A DNA stretch of 64,000 bases from an uncultured Nitrospiraceae bacterium (GTDB lineage Bacteria > Nitrospirota > Thermodesulfovibrionia > Thermodesulfovibrionales > SM23-35), in the NCBI GenBank assembly GCA_963727775.1, contig CAVSHB010000001.1, forward strand, positions 928,001-992,000, written 5' to 3'. The position numbers were made by a program, and so were the translations under genes. Each line of letters starts with the position of its first letter. The first letter of the stretch is position 1. The notes under the pieces were generated by a model. It saw only the letters and a program-made list of their open reading frames with translations. It did no database searches and was not told the origin of the DNA. Positions 22,621-32,093 of the stretch are shown piece by piece.

Positions 22621-23442
22621 TCATTTCGCATTCGGAATAAACAGTTGATTGCCGAGTTTGTCCTTAAATGATCCGATAGCCTGCTGCCCTTCCTTTGATA
22701 CAAGCCAGTTAACAAGCTCCATAGCTTCTCCATATTTTACATGCTTGTGTTTTTCAGGATTGACCGCCATAACACCGTACTGATTGAATAACGCCGGGTC
22801 GCCCTCAAGGATTATGATCATTTCAAGCTTGTCCTTGTCCTTTGTCGCAAGCCATGTGCCGCGGTCGGTAAGGGTATAGGCCCTTTTTTCGTTGGCAATC
22901 CTCTGGGTTTTCTCCATTCCCTGACCGACTTCAAGATACCATTTCTGTCCTTTGGGCTCTATTCCCATCTTTTTCCATATGGATAATTCTTTTGTATGAG
23001 TTCCTGAATTATCCCCTCTTGAAACGAACGAGGATGAGCCGGCAATTTTCTTGAATGCCTCAGCAGCTGATTTTATACCCTTTATTTTGGAACGATCACC
23101 TGGTGGTCCTATAATTACGAAATCGTTATACATAACATCATGGCGGTTAACAAAAAAACCTTCTTCAACAGCCTTCAATTCCTGCTCCTTTGCATGAACA
23201 AAAACAACGTCGGCGTCGCCGCGCTTGCCCATCTCGATTGCAGCGCCGGTGCCCCGCGCCACAACTTTCACCTTAATACCGGTCTTCTTCTCAAACATGG
23301 GCAATATGTATCCGAACAATCCGGAATTCTCGGTGCTCGTGGTAGATGCACAGATGATCTCCCTCTCTGAAGCAATAGCATTGCCGAAACCAATGAGCAT
23401 TAAGATCCCTGCCAGCATAATGCTACACATTACTTTTTTCAT
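22621..23442 (-). CDS. tupA: Tungstate-binding periplasmic protein
   Basis: Signal peptide, STTSTENSGL, GTG.A, FVSRGDNSGTH. Confidence 0.92.
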   Translation of the reverse strand: MKKVMCSIMLAGILMLIGFGNAIASEREIICASTTSTENSGLFGYILPMFEKKTGIKVKVVARGTGAAIEMGKRGDADVVFVHAKEQELKAVEEGFFVNRHDVMYNDFVIIGPPGDRSKIKGIKSAAEAFKKIAGSSSFVSRGDNSGTHTKELSIWKKMGIEPKGQKWYLEVGQGMEKTQRIANEKRAYTLTDRGTWLATKDKDKLEMIIILEGDPALFNQYGVMAVNPEKHKHVKYGEAMELVNWLVSKEGQQAIGSFKDKLGNQLFIPNAK

Positions 23443-23473
23443 TTTTTCCTCCCTATACATTTATAAGGTTTAA

Positions 23474-24256
23474 TTATTTTTTCTTATCCATAACGGAGGG
23501 CACTGCATCGGGATAGAAGAGATTGATACCGTGTTTCTTATAGCTTGCGATTATACGCTGCCCTTCAAGGGAAGTCACAAAAGCGATGAAATCCATAGCT
23601 TCCCGGTATTTCACTTTCGGGAATTTATTTGGGTTGACGACGATGACACTGTAATTATTCCTCAATATAGGGTCTCCTCCGAGCAGGACCTTCAGATTGA
23701 GCTTGGATTCATATTTAAGAAATGTCCCCATATCAGTTAATGTGTATGCACCCTTCTGTTTTGCCATCAGTAACGTATCAGCCATATTCGCACCGGCCTC
23801 GAAATACCATCCCTTACCCTTCGGGTTGATCCCTGCATCATCCCAGATATCCATCTCTCTGATGTTTGTACCGGAATCGTCACCTCTCGATACAAAAGGT
23901 ACTCCCCTTTCCGCTATTTCCTCAAAGGCTTCTACGGCTGTCTTTACCTTGCCCATCCGTGCGGGGTCCCCCGGAGGGCCGATGACGACAAAATCATTGT
24001 GCATCACAGCCCTTCTGTTCACTCCGTACCCTTCAGCTACAAATTTTTCTTCTCTGAAAGGGTCATGCACAAAGAGTAAATCAGCCTCACCCTTCTTTGC
24101 TATCCGGATTGCCTTACCCGTACCCACAGCGATAACTTCGACCTTCAAATTGTATCTTGTGGATTGCTCAAATGCGGGAATTAGGATATCAAATAATCCT
24201 GAGTTCTGTGTGCTTGTCGTTGAAGCTATTGTAAGGATTGCTTTTCCTTTTATCAT
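23474..24256 (-). CDS. tupA: Second TupA-like protein lacking an obvious signal peptide
   Basis: STTSTQNSGL, FVSRGDDSGTN; the ORF starts just before the binding motif. Confidence 0.8.
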   Translation of the reverse strand: MIKGKAILTIASTTSTQNSGLFDILIPAFEQSTRYNLKVEVIAVGTGKAIRIAKKGEADLLFVHDPFREEKFVAEGYGVNRRAVMHNDFVVIGPPGDPARMGKVKTAVEAFEEIAERGVPFVSRGDDSGTNIREMDIWDDAGINPKGKGWYFEAGANMADTLLMAKQKGAYTLTDMGTFLKYESKLNLKVLLGGDPILRNNYSVIVVNPNKFPKVKYREAMDFIAFVTSLEGQRIIASYKKHGINLFYPDAVPSVMDKKK

Positions 24257-24287
24257 TGTACACCCCCTGATACAGGCTTTTATTAAT

Positions 24288-24357
24288 ATGAATGATAATT
24301 ATTCTATTCGTGACGGTCAATTGCATTATATTCATATAAAGCATGAAGTATTTTCAT
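24288..24357. promoter_or_regulatory. Putative LysR boxes (ATGAA-N5-TTCAT, T-N11-A) in the tupA/lysR intergenic region
   Basis: 24343 ATGAAGTATTTTCAT (perfect), 24321 TTGCATTATATTCAT, 24288 ATGAATGATAATTAT. Confidence 0.55.
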
Positions 24358-24405
24358 AGCTATGTTAATTGACATCGTCTTTTACTAATTCTTAAAATAT
24401 GCCGG

Positions 24406-25311
24406 ATGGAAGACAGCAGGCTTAAGGCGTTCTGCCTTATCGTTGAGATGAAAAGCTTTTCAAGGGCCGCAGAGGCAGCGTTTGTGACCCAGTCCGCCAT
24501 GAGCCATCTCATAAAAAATCTTGAGGATGAATTAGGCGGTAAACTGCTCAATAGATCCGGGAAAACAATTACCCCTACATCCGCCGGAAAAATCCTTTAT
24601 GACCACGCAAAAAAGATACTCGAAGGGTATAAGTCTCTGGAAAATGATATTTATAATGTTGTCAAAAAGATAAAGGGTCCTTTGTACCTGGGTGCAAGCA
24701 CGACGGTAGCTAAATATTTACTGCCGCAAGTCTTTTACGATTTTTCAAGAAACTATCCTGAAGCACAGTTAAATCTTTCAGTTTCGGGGCCGGAAAAGGT
24801 AGTCAGCGAACTCCAACAGGGGAAGATCGATATCGGGATAGTTGAGGGAAATATAAAAGACAAGAGAATTATCTTCAGAGAAATTGCGAGAGACGAGATA
24901 GTTTTAATCGCATCCGACGGCAATCCTCTGACAAAGAGAAAGATTGTAGCTCCACAGTATCTGATGGACCAATCGTTTATACTGCCGGAAGCAGGCTCCG
25001 GCACGCGGGAATTCATCGATGAATTTCTGAGTATAATGAAAATCGAGCCGCAGGACATAAACGTAATAATGACCCTCAGCGACCCTGAATTATTGGTCCA
25101 GATGGTCCAGTCCGGACTGGGCATTGCATTTGTTTCGAAGTGGTCTATTTTTAAAACAATAAAGGAAGGAACGATCAAGATTTTGAAGATGCCCGGGAAA
25201 AGACTTTACAGAAAATTTTATTTTGTCGTGCCGGATAAAGAGCCTTCTACCATGGTCGCAAGAACTTTTCTTGAATTTGTAAAAGGGTATCGTTTCTTCA
25301 TACCCTTTTAG
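24406..25311 (+). CDS. LysR family transcriptional regulator (CysL-like / selenium-metabolism-associated type)
   Basis: HTH SFSRAAE..VTQSAMS; GASTT; E.GSGTR. Confidence 0.92.
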   Translation: MEDSRLKAFCLIVEMKSFSRAAEAAFVTQSAMSHLIKNLEDELGGKLLNRSGKTITPTSAGKILYDHAKKILEGYKSLENDIYNVVKKIKGPLYLGASTTVAKYLLPQVFYDFSRNYPEAQLNLSVSGPEKVVSELQQGKIDIGIVEGNIKDKRIIFREIARDEIVLIASDGNPLTKRKIVAPQYLMDQSFILPEAGSGTREFIDEFLSIMKIEPQDINVIMTLSDPELLVQMVQSGLGIAFVSKWSIFKTIKEGTIKILKMPGKRLYRKFYFVVPDKEPSTMVARTFLEFVKGYRFFIPF

Positions 25312-25499
25312 CTCTTACTTCATAAAATCGCCGACAGATACCGTATTTGCGCTCATTCTCGGCCCAATAAATCGGGCCTCCGAGGTAAATTCTTTCTTCG
25401 AAAGAATTTAAAGCCGCTTAAATACGACATCTGTCAGTACCCATAAATTTAAATGAATTAAGCGGGTTAAGAATTGTGTCACAAGTTGGTCCGGGCCTG

Positions 25500-28157
25500 T
25501 TATAAATCAAGCGGCTCTACCCTCACCGCAGTAAACTTATAGCTATAGGTGTCTGTGTGCCTGTCCCTCGCCCCGCCGATAAGTATGTTGATGAGGTAGT
25601 CCGGATTATGGAATGAAGCGAAAGCGGTACCCTCCAGGATAGCCGCATCAGATCTCACAGGCATGACGATGGAGCCCCTTCGGGAAGACAGCCGCACCTG
25701 TTGGCCGTTCCTGAGATGAAGCCGCTCGATGTCACCGGGGTTCATGTCAAGGCATTCCTCAGTGCCTGTTGCTGTTTCCGTGCGTCTTGTCTGTGCAGAG
25801 TTATTAAAGTGGTAGAGTCTTCTTCCGGTAATAAGTATCAAAGGATATTCTTCCGTCAGTTTTTCCGAGGGCTCATGATATGGAATAGGGTGAAAGGACG
25901 CGCTACCGCTAGGAAAAACGTTATTAATATACAACCGTTCTGTTCCAGGGTGAGATTCATTTGTGCAGGGCCATTGCAGTCCCTTTGTCCCCAGCCTTTT
26001 GTGAGTGATCCCTCTGAAATAATAGGTAAGCGCTGCCATTTCATCGTATATTTCGGCAGAATTTTTGAAATGAGTTTTCAGACCGAGGGCGTTTGAGAGC
26101 TCAAGGAATATTTCCCAGTCCGGCTTGGCAAGGCCGGCCGGCGGGACCGCTTTTCTTAAAAGGCGCACGCGCCTTTCCGTGTTGGTAAACGTGCCCTCTT
26201 TTTCAGCAAAGGAGGCTGCAGGAAGGACTACATGCGCATACTTAGCAGTCTCGGTTAAAAAAAGGTCCTGGTAGACCACAAATTCCACAGACTCCAGCGC
26301 CTTCCTGATATTCAGGGTATCGCCGTGGGTATGCGCGGGGTCTTCACCCCAGATATAGAGGGCCTTTATTTTGCCTTCCCGCGCCGCCTCCATCATTCGT
26401 GCTGAGTTCAAGCCGACTTGCTTTGGCACGGGGGCACCCCACCGTTCGGAGAATTTGCGCCTCACTTCTGCGTCGGTAATGTGCTGATATCCGGGAAGCA
26501 CGTTGGGATAACATCCCATATCACATGCGCCCTGCACATTGTTCTGTCCCCTGAGACATAACACCCCTGCTCCTGGATTACCGATATTGCCGGTAGCAAG
26601 AGCGAGGTTAATGAGTGCAAGCATCCCTTCCGTCCCATACTCATTTTCATCGACACCAAGCCCGCTGACAATCATGGCCCTTCTACTGCTGCCATACATT
26701 CGTGCAGTCTTTATAATTAATTCCCTTGGTACCCCTGTGATCATCTCCGTATCTTCCATGGTCAACGAGAATGCAGCCTCTATGGTTTTTTCCCATTCCC
26801 TTGTGTGTTTTTCGATAAATTCTCTGTAAAAAAGATTTTCCTCTATTATTACCCTCAGTATGCCATTTAAAAGCGCAATAAGACTGCCCGGCCTCACCTG
26901 AAGGTGCAGGTCTGCCTCATCTACAAGTGGAATTTTTCTGGGGTCGATCACAATGAGTCTCGCACCTGCGGATTTTGCCCACTTAATATGCAATGAGGCG
27001 ATGGGATGCGACTCTGTAGTGTTTGATCCTACCACGAGGATAAAATCGGAATATGCAAAATCGGCAAAAGAAGAGGTCGAAGCCCCTATACCAAACGCCC
27101 TACCCAGGGCGACAGCTGCCGGCGCGTGTCAAAGCCGTGCACAGTTGTCAATATTGTTGGTCCCGAGGGCGGCCCGCATCATTCGTTGAAAAAGATAATT
27201 GTCTTCATTTGTGGCGCGTGCAGAACCCATCCCGCCGATTGCTTCCGATCCGTACTTTGTTTTTATTTCAAGAAATCTCTTCGTTATGCAGGAAAGTGCC
27301 GTTTCCCAGGAGGCTTCTCTGAATTTTCCGTTTTCCTTTATGAGCGGCGTTTTGAGCCTGTCGGGGTGATGAATGAAAGGGAAACCGAACCTTCCTTTTA
27401 CACATAAATTGCCTTTGCCGACCGGGTCAAGATCATCCGTTGTCACACCGATTATCCTTTCATCCTTCACGTCAAGGAAGATGCCGCATCCGGTACCGCA
27501 ATAGGTACAGACGCTCCTGACCCTTCTGTCGGGTTTCTCTCTGTAAATTTCTATAATGGCCCCGGTGGGGCAGACCACGGCACATTGTCCGCACATTTCG
27601 CATGTCCTGTCAAAGACTATTTTATTTACCTCGGGCGATAGGACAGGATGCCGGAGGGCGCCTACCTTCCTGATTTCTGAACATACCTTTACACATTTTC
27701 CGCAGCGGATGCATCTATCGAGATTGATCTTCAGCTTTTGGTCTATCACCTCTTCATGTGGTGTTTCTTTTGATGAAAAAACAGGGTGTTCAATCCCGAC
27801 TGACCGGGCAAGTTCAAGAAGCCCGCAAAATTCATATTGCGGACAAGTCGCGCAATCTCCTTTATGATTTCGAAGAATAACTGTAACTCTCTTCTTCCTC
27901 GCTTCCTTTGCCTTTTCGGAATCCGTTTCGATTACCATTCCATGCTCTGCTTTTGTGGTGCACGCAGGTTTGAGCCTTCCGTTGACTTCAACAAAGCAGA
28001 CCTTGCAGTGTCCTGAGATGCTTAAGCGCGGATCGTAACATAAGGTGGGAATAGAGACGCGGTTCCTGTTTGCAACTTGAAGGACCGACTCTCCGGGAAT
28101 AAATCCTGCTATTTTTCCGTTGATGGTTACTACTTTGTTTTGAAAGTGTCCATTCAC
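25500..28157 (-). CDS. fdhF: Selenocysteine-containing formate dehydrogenase alpha subunit (FdhF-like, N-terminal Fe-S domains)
   Basis: The two ORFs are in frame across TGA 27129-27131: NIDNCARL-U-HAP. Also LRGQNNVQG, CTYCGTGC..LCVKG and a SECIS-like hairpin. Confidence 0.9.
27096..27111 (-). promoter_or_regulatory. Bacterial SECIS hairpin of fdhF
   Basis: CGCCCT-GGGT-AGGGCG; the loop is 23 nt after UGA and starts with G. Confidence 0.75.
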
Positions 28158-28289
28158 ACAAAGCCTCCTTAATATGAAATACAGACGGCCAGCATCATAT
28201 TTTTGAAAGGTCCCCGATGTTTATCCATATTTATTAGAGCAGTTGCTTAAAAGAAAAGTTATATTAATTGAAAAACGGCAGAGAGTCCA

Positions 28290-28387
28290 ATTCAAAGAAT
28301 TCATAGCTTACATGAACGATATTAATTTTGATCGTTATTTACGGAAAATCATGAAAATAATTCACCACATAAATGAAAATAATGAAT
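28290..28387. promoter_or_regulatory. Putative LysR boxes in the fdhF/fmdE intergenic region
   Basis: 28290 ATTCAAAGAATTCAT, 28312 ATGAACGATATTAAT, 28351 ATGAAAATAATTCAC, 28373 ATGAAAATAATGAAT; two pairs, each 22 bp apart. Confidence 0.5.
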
Positions 28388-28474
28388 TTGATTTGCAATC
28401 TGACATAACCTATCATTTAGACATAACTTTTTGCGCATTCTTAAAAGAAATCATTTCCGTGAAAGGTCTGATAC

Positions 28475-29071
28475 GTGAGTATCATTGACACGATGAAAGA
28501 GAATCCCTTCGATATAGAAGAGTATACACATCGCGTTCAGTCTTTTCACGGCCACGTGGCTCCGGGCGTTGTCATCGGCGGGTTCATGGTGCATCTGGCC
28601 AGTGCCGACATTCCGGAAGGCGTACTTTTTAACGCAATCTCTGAAACTCCAGCCTGTCTGCCTGATGCCATTCAGCTGCTCACACCATGTACAGTCGGAA
28701 ACGGGTGGCTCCAGATTATTAACTTTGGCCGTTTTGCGTTAAGCCTCTATGATAAGTACCATGGAAATGGGGTCCGTGTCTTTCTTGACCCCGACAAATT
28801 GGAAAAATGGCCGGAGATAAAAGCCTGGTTCCTCAAACTCAAGTCCAGAAAAGAACAAAATCACGAAGATATTCTTTCTCAGATCAAGCAAGCCGGTGTG
28901 GAAATATGCGGGGTATGTCCTGTGCAGATTAAGCCTGAATTTCTAAAAAAACGTGATAAAGGCAAGATTGCAATTTGTCCTTTATGTGCGGAAGCTTATC
29001 CTTTGAATGATGGCAGCATCTGTCTTGCGTGCCAGGGAACTTCGCCTTACATTGTCCCTGATACTTCATAG
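28475..29071 (+). CDS. FmdE (formylmethanofuran dehydrogenase subunit E) family protein
   Basis: FHGHVAPG, CLPDAIQLLTPCTVGNG, C-terminal CxxC..CxxC. Confidence 0.9.
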   Translation: MSIIDTMKENPFDIEEYTHRVQSFHGHVAPGVVIGGFMVHLASADIPEGVLFNAISETPACLPDAIQLLTPCTVGNGWLQIINFGRFALSLYDKYHGNGVRVFLDPDKLEKWPEIKAWFLKLKSRKEQNHEDILSQIKQAGVEICGVCPVQIKPEFLKKRDKGKIAICPLCAEAYPLNDGSICLACQGTSPYIVPDTS

Positions 29072-29184
29072 AGGAATGCACATGGGAACTATTAGCAGAC
29101 AAGTGGCACAGAATGAATTGTTGTATCTATTGGTAGGATCTTTTTATTAATCATTCTCTAACCTTTTTGTGGAAGGAGGACAGA

Positions 29185-32093
29185 ATGGCATTTACACGTC
29201 GCGAATTTTTGGCTGGATCAGGCGCCCTTGTTGGAGGACTGGCGTTCTCATCTCTCGGGATTGACCTGAGTCCAGTACTGGCTTATGCCGAAGAAATGAA
29301 GAAGATCGACAAGGTGAAGAGCGCCAAACAGACCACGTCTATCTGTTGCTACTGCGCAGTTGGATGCGGGCTGATCGCCAGTACAGATACTAAAACAGGA
29401 AAGATCATCAATATCGAAGGTGATCCTGAACATCCCATCAACGAAGGTTCACTGTGCGCGAAAGGCGCCGGTGCTTATCAGACGACAGCTGCTAATGAAC
29501 ACCGTCTGACGAAGGTGCTTTATCGTGCACCGAAAAGCGACAAATGGCAGACCAAGAGCTGGGACTGGGCCATCACAGAGATCGCGAAAAGGATCAAAAA
29601 GACCCGCGATACAGGCTTCATTGCGAAGAACAGCAAAGGCGAGGTCGTCAATCGCATTGAAAACATTGCCCATATGGGAAGCTCGAACGTAGACAATGAG
29701 GAGTGCTGGCTCATCACCGCCATGGCCCGGTCACTCGGAATTGTTTATATTGATCATCAGGCCCGGGTTTGACACGCCCCCACCGTACCGGCTCTGGCAG
29801 AGTCGTTCGGCCGTGGCGCGATGACAAACCACTGGATAGATATTCAACACAGCGATGTCATACTCATTCAGGGCAGCAATGCTGCGGAAAATCATCCCAT
29901 CTCTTCAAATGGGTTATGAGAGCCAGGGAGAAAGGGGCCAAACTCATTCATGTCGACCCGCGCTTTACAAGAACTTCCTCAAAAGCAGATTTCTATGCCC
30001 CCTTACGTTCTGGTACTGACATTGCTTTTCTTGGCGGGATGATCAAATACATCATAGAAAACGAAAAATATTTCAAGGAATATGTTGTCAATTATACCAA
30101 TGCGCCGTTCCTGGTTAATGATAAGTTCGACTTCAATGACGGTCTTTTCTCCGGGTATGATCCCGGCACCAGGAAATATGACAAGTCAACATGGACGATA
30201 AAAAAGGACGCGAAAGGTATTGCTGAGAAAGATTTCACGTTGCAGAATCCACGTTGCGTTTTCCAGCTTTTGAAGAAACATTATTCCCGTTACGACGTGG
30301 AAACGGTCTCGAAGATTACGGGGACCCCTGTAAAAGACCTTCTCACGGTTTATGAAATGTACTCATCCACGGGCGTGCCCGATAAGGCCGGAACCGTCAT
30401 GTATGCCTTAGGGCAAACACAGCACACTTCAGCAGTTCAAAATATACGAACCCTTTGTATGGTTCAACTCCTGCTCGGAAACATCGGCATCTGCGGGGGC
30501 GGCGTGAACGCCATGCGCGGTGAACCGAACGTGCAGGGCTCAACAGACTTTGCCATATTGTCCGGTTACCTGCCAGGTTATCTTGCTGCACCCAGGGCGT
30601 CACTGCCTACCCTGGACGATTACGTCAAGAAAAATACCCCGAAAACCAGTGACCCACGCTCAGCCAACTGGTGGCAAAATTATCCCAAGTATGCCACCAG
30701 TCTTCTAAAGGCTTGGTATGGTGACAAGGCAAATAAGGAGAATGATTTCGGCTATTCATGGGTCCCCAAGCTCGATGACGGACAGGATGCCAACATCCTG
30801 ATGATGATTGACAGCATGTACGAAAAAAAGATCAAGGGGCTTATCTGCATCGCACAGGACCCTGCCTGCAGCCTGCCCAATGCCAACAAAGTACGCCAGG
30901 GTTTGGCCAACCTTGACTGGACTGTGCATGTGAATATCTTCAACAACGAAACAGCCTCTTTCTGGAAGGGGCCCGGCATGGACCCCAAGAAGGTCAAGAC
31001 AGAGGTCTTTCTACTTCCAGCTGCTGCATCCATAGAAAAGCAGGGAAGCCAGGCCAACAGCGGACGCTGGGTCCAGTGGAAATACGAAGGGCAAAGGCAC
31101 CGGGAGATTGCATCTATACCGGTGATATTGTAATCCGTCTCGTTGCAAAGCTTAAGGAGCTTTATAAGAAAGATAAGAAAGCCGCTTTCCCTGATCCGAT
31201 TATGAACCTCAAGTGGGATTATAACAACGATAAAGGCCGGTTTGATCCTGTGAAGGTAGCCAAGACTATCAATGGCTATTTTCTTGAAGATGTCACCATC
31301 GGCGACAAGACAGGCAAAAAAGGCGATTGCGTGCCATCCTTTGCGATGCTGCAGGCAGACGGCAAGACTTCATCCGGTTGCTGGATCAGCTGCGGATCAT
31401 TCAGCCAGGATGGTACAAACCTCATGCAACGCAGAAAAAAGGAGGACCCAACGGGTCTTGGCCTCTATCCGCAGCGGTCATGGGCATGGCCTGTTAACAG
31501 GCGCATTATCTATAATCGCGCTTCAGTGGACCTGAATGGAAAACCGTACAATCCCAAACGGCCTTTATTGGCCTGGGTGGACGGGAAATGGGTAGGTGAC
31601 GTTCCCGACGGCCCATGGCCTCCAATGAGCGATCTGGAAAAAGGTAAATACCCGTTCATCATGAAGCCGGACGGCGTTTCCTCACTCTTCGGCCCGGGAC
31701 CGGGAGATGGACCATTCCCCGAACATTATGAACCTCTGGAAGGCCCGATGGAGAAAAATCTGCTGTCATCCCAGCTGAAAAACCCTGTCATGAAGATCTT
31801 CTCAGGACCTTGCGATAAATTTTCCGGCTGCGACCCCAAGTACCCTTTTGTGATGACCACCTATTCCAGCACGGAACATTGGTGCACCGGCGCCCTTACC
31901 AGATGGCAGTCATGGCTTACTGAAGCGCAGCCTCAGGTATATGTGGAAATCAGTGAAGAACTGGCACAACCTAGAGGCATCAAGAACGGGGAAAAGGTTA
32001 AGGTTGAATCTGCCCGCGGTTCATTGCCATGTGTGGCCATGGTGACTACCAGGTTCCGACCCTTCAATTGCGGAGGACAGACCGTCCACCTAG
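29185..32093 (+). pseudogene. fdnG: Periplasmic Sec formate dehydrogenase alpha subunit (FdnG/FdhA-like), two frameshifts, truncated by IS
   Basis: Tat signal TRREFL, CCYCAVGC, HQARV-U(29770-29772)-HAPTVPALAESFGRGAMTNHW. Single-base losses occur near 29903 and 31090. The gene ends at the IS boundary CTAG. Confidence 0.88.
29789..29805 (+). promoter_or_regulatory. Bacterial SECIS hairpin of fdnG
   Basis: CGGCTCT-GGC-AGAGTCG downstream of UGA. Confidence 0.7.

Noticed and set aside
24257..24405. Moco/Wco riboswitch upstream of tupA
   Set aside because: The region is short and AT-rich with no recognisable motif; LysR boxes explain it better.
29104..29120. Sigma54 promoter for fdnG
   Set aside because: TGGCAC is present but there is no TTGC at the -12 position.
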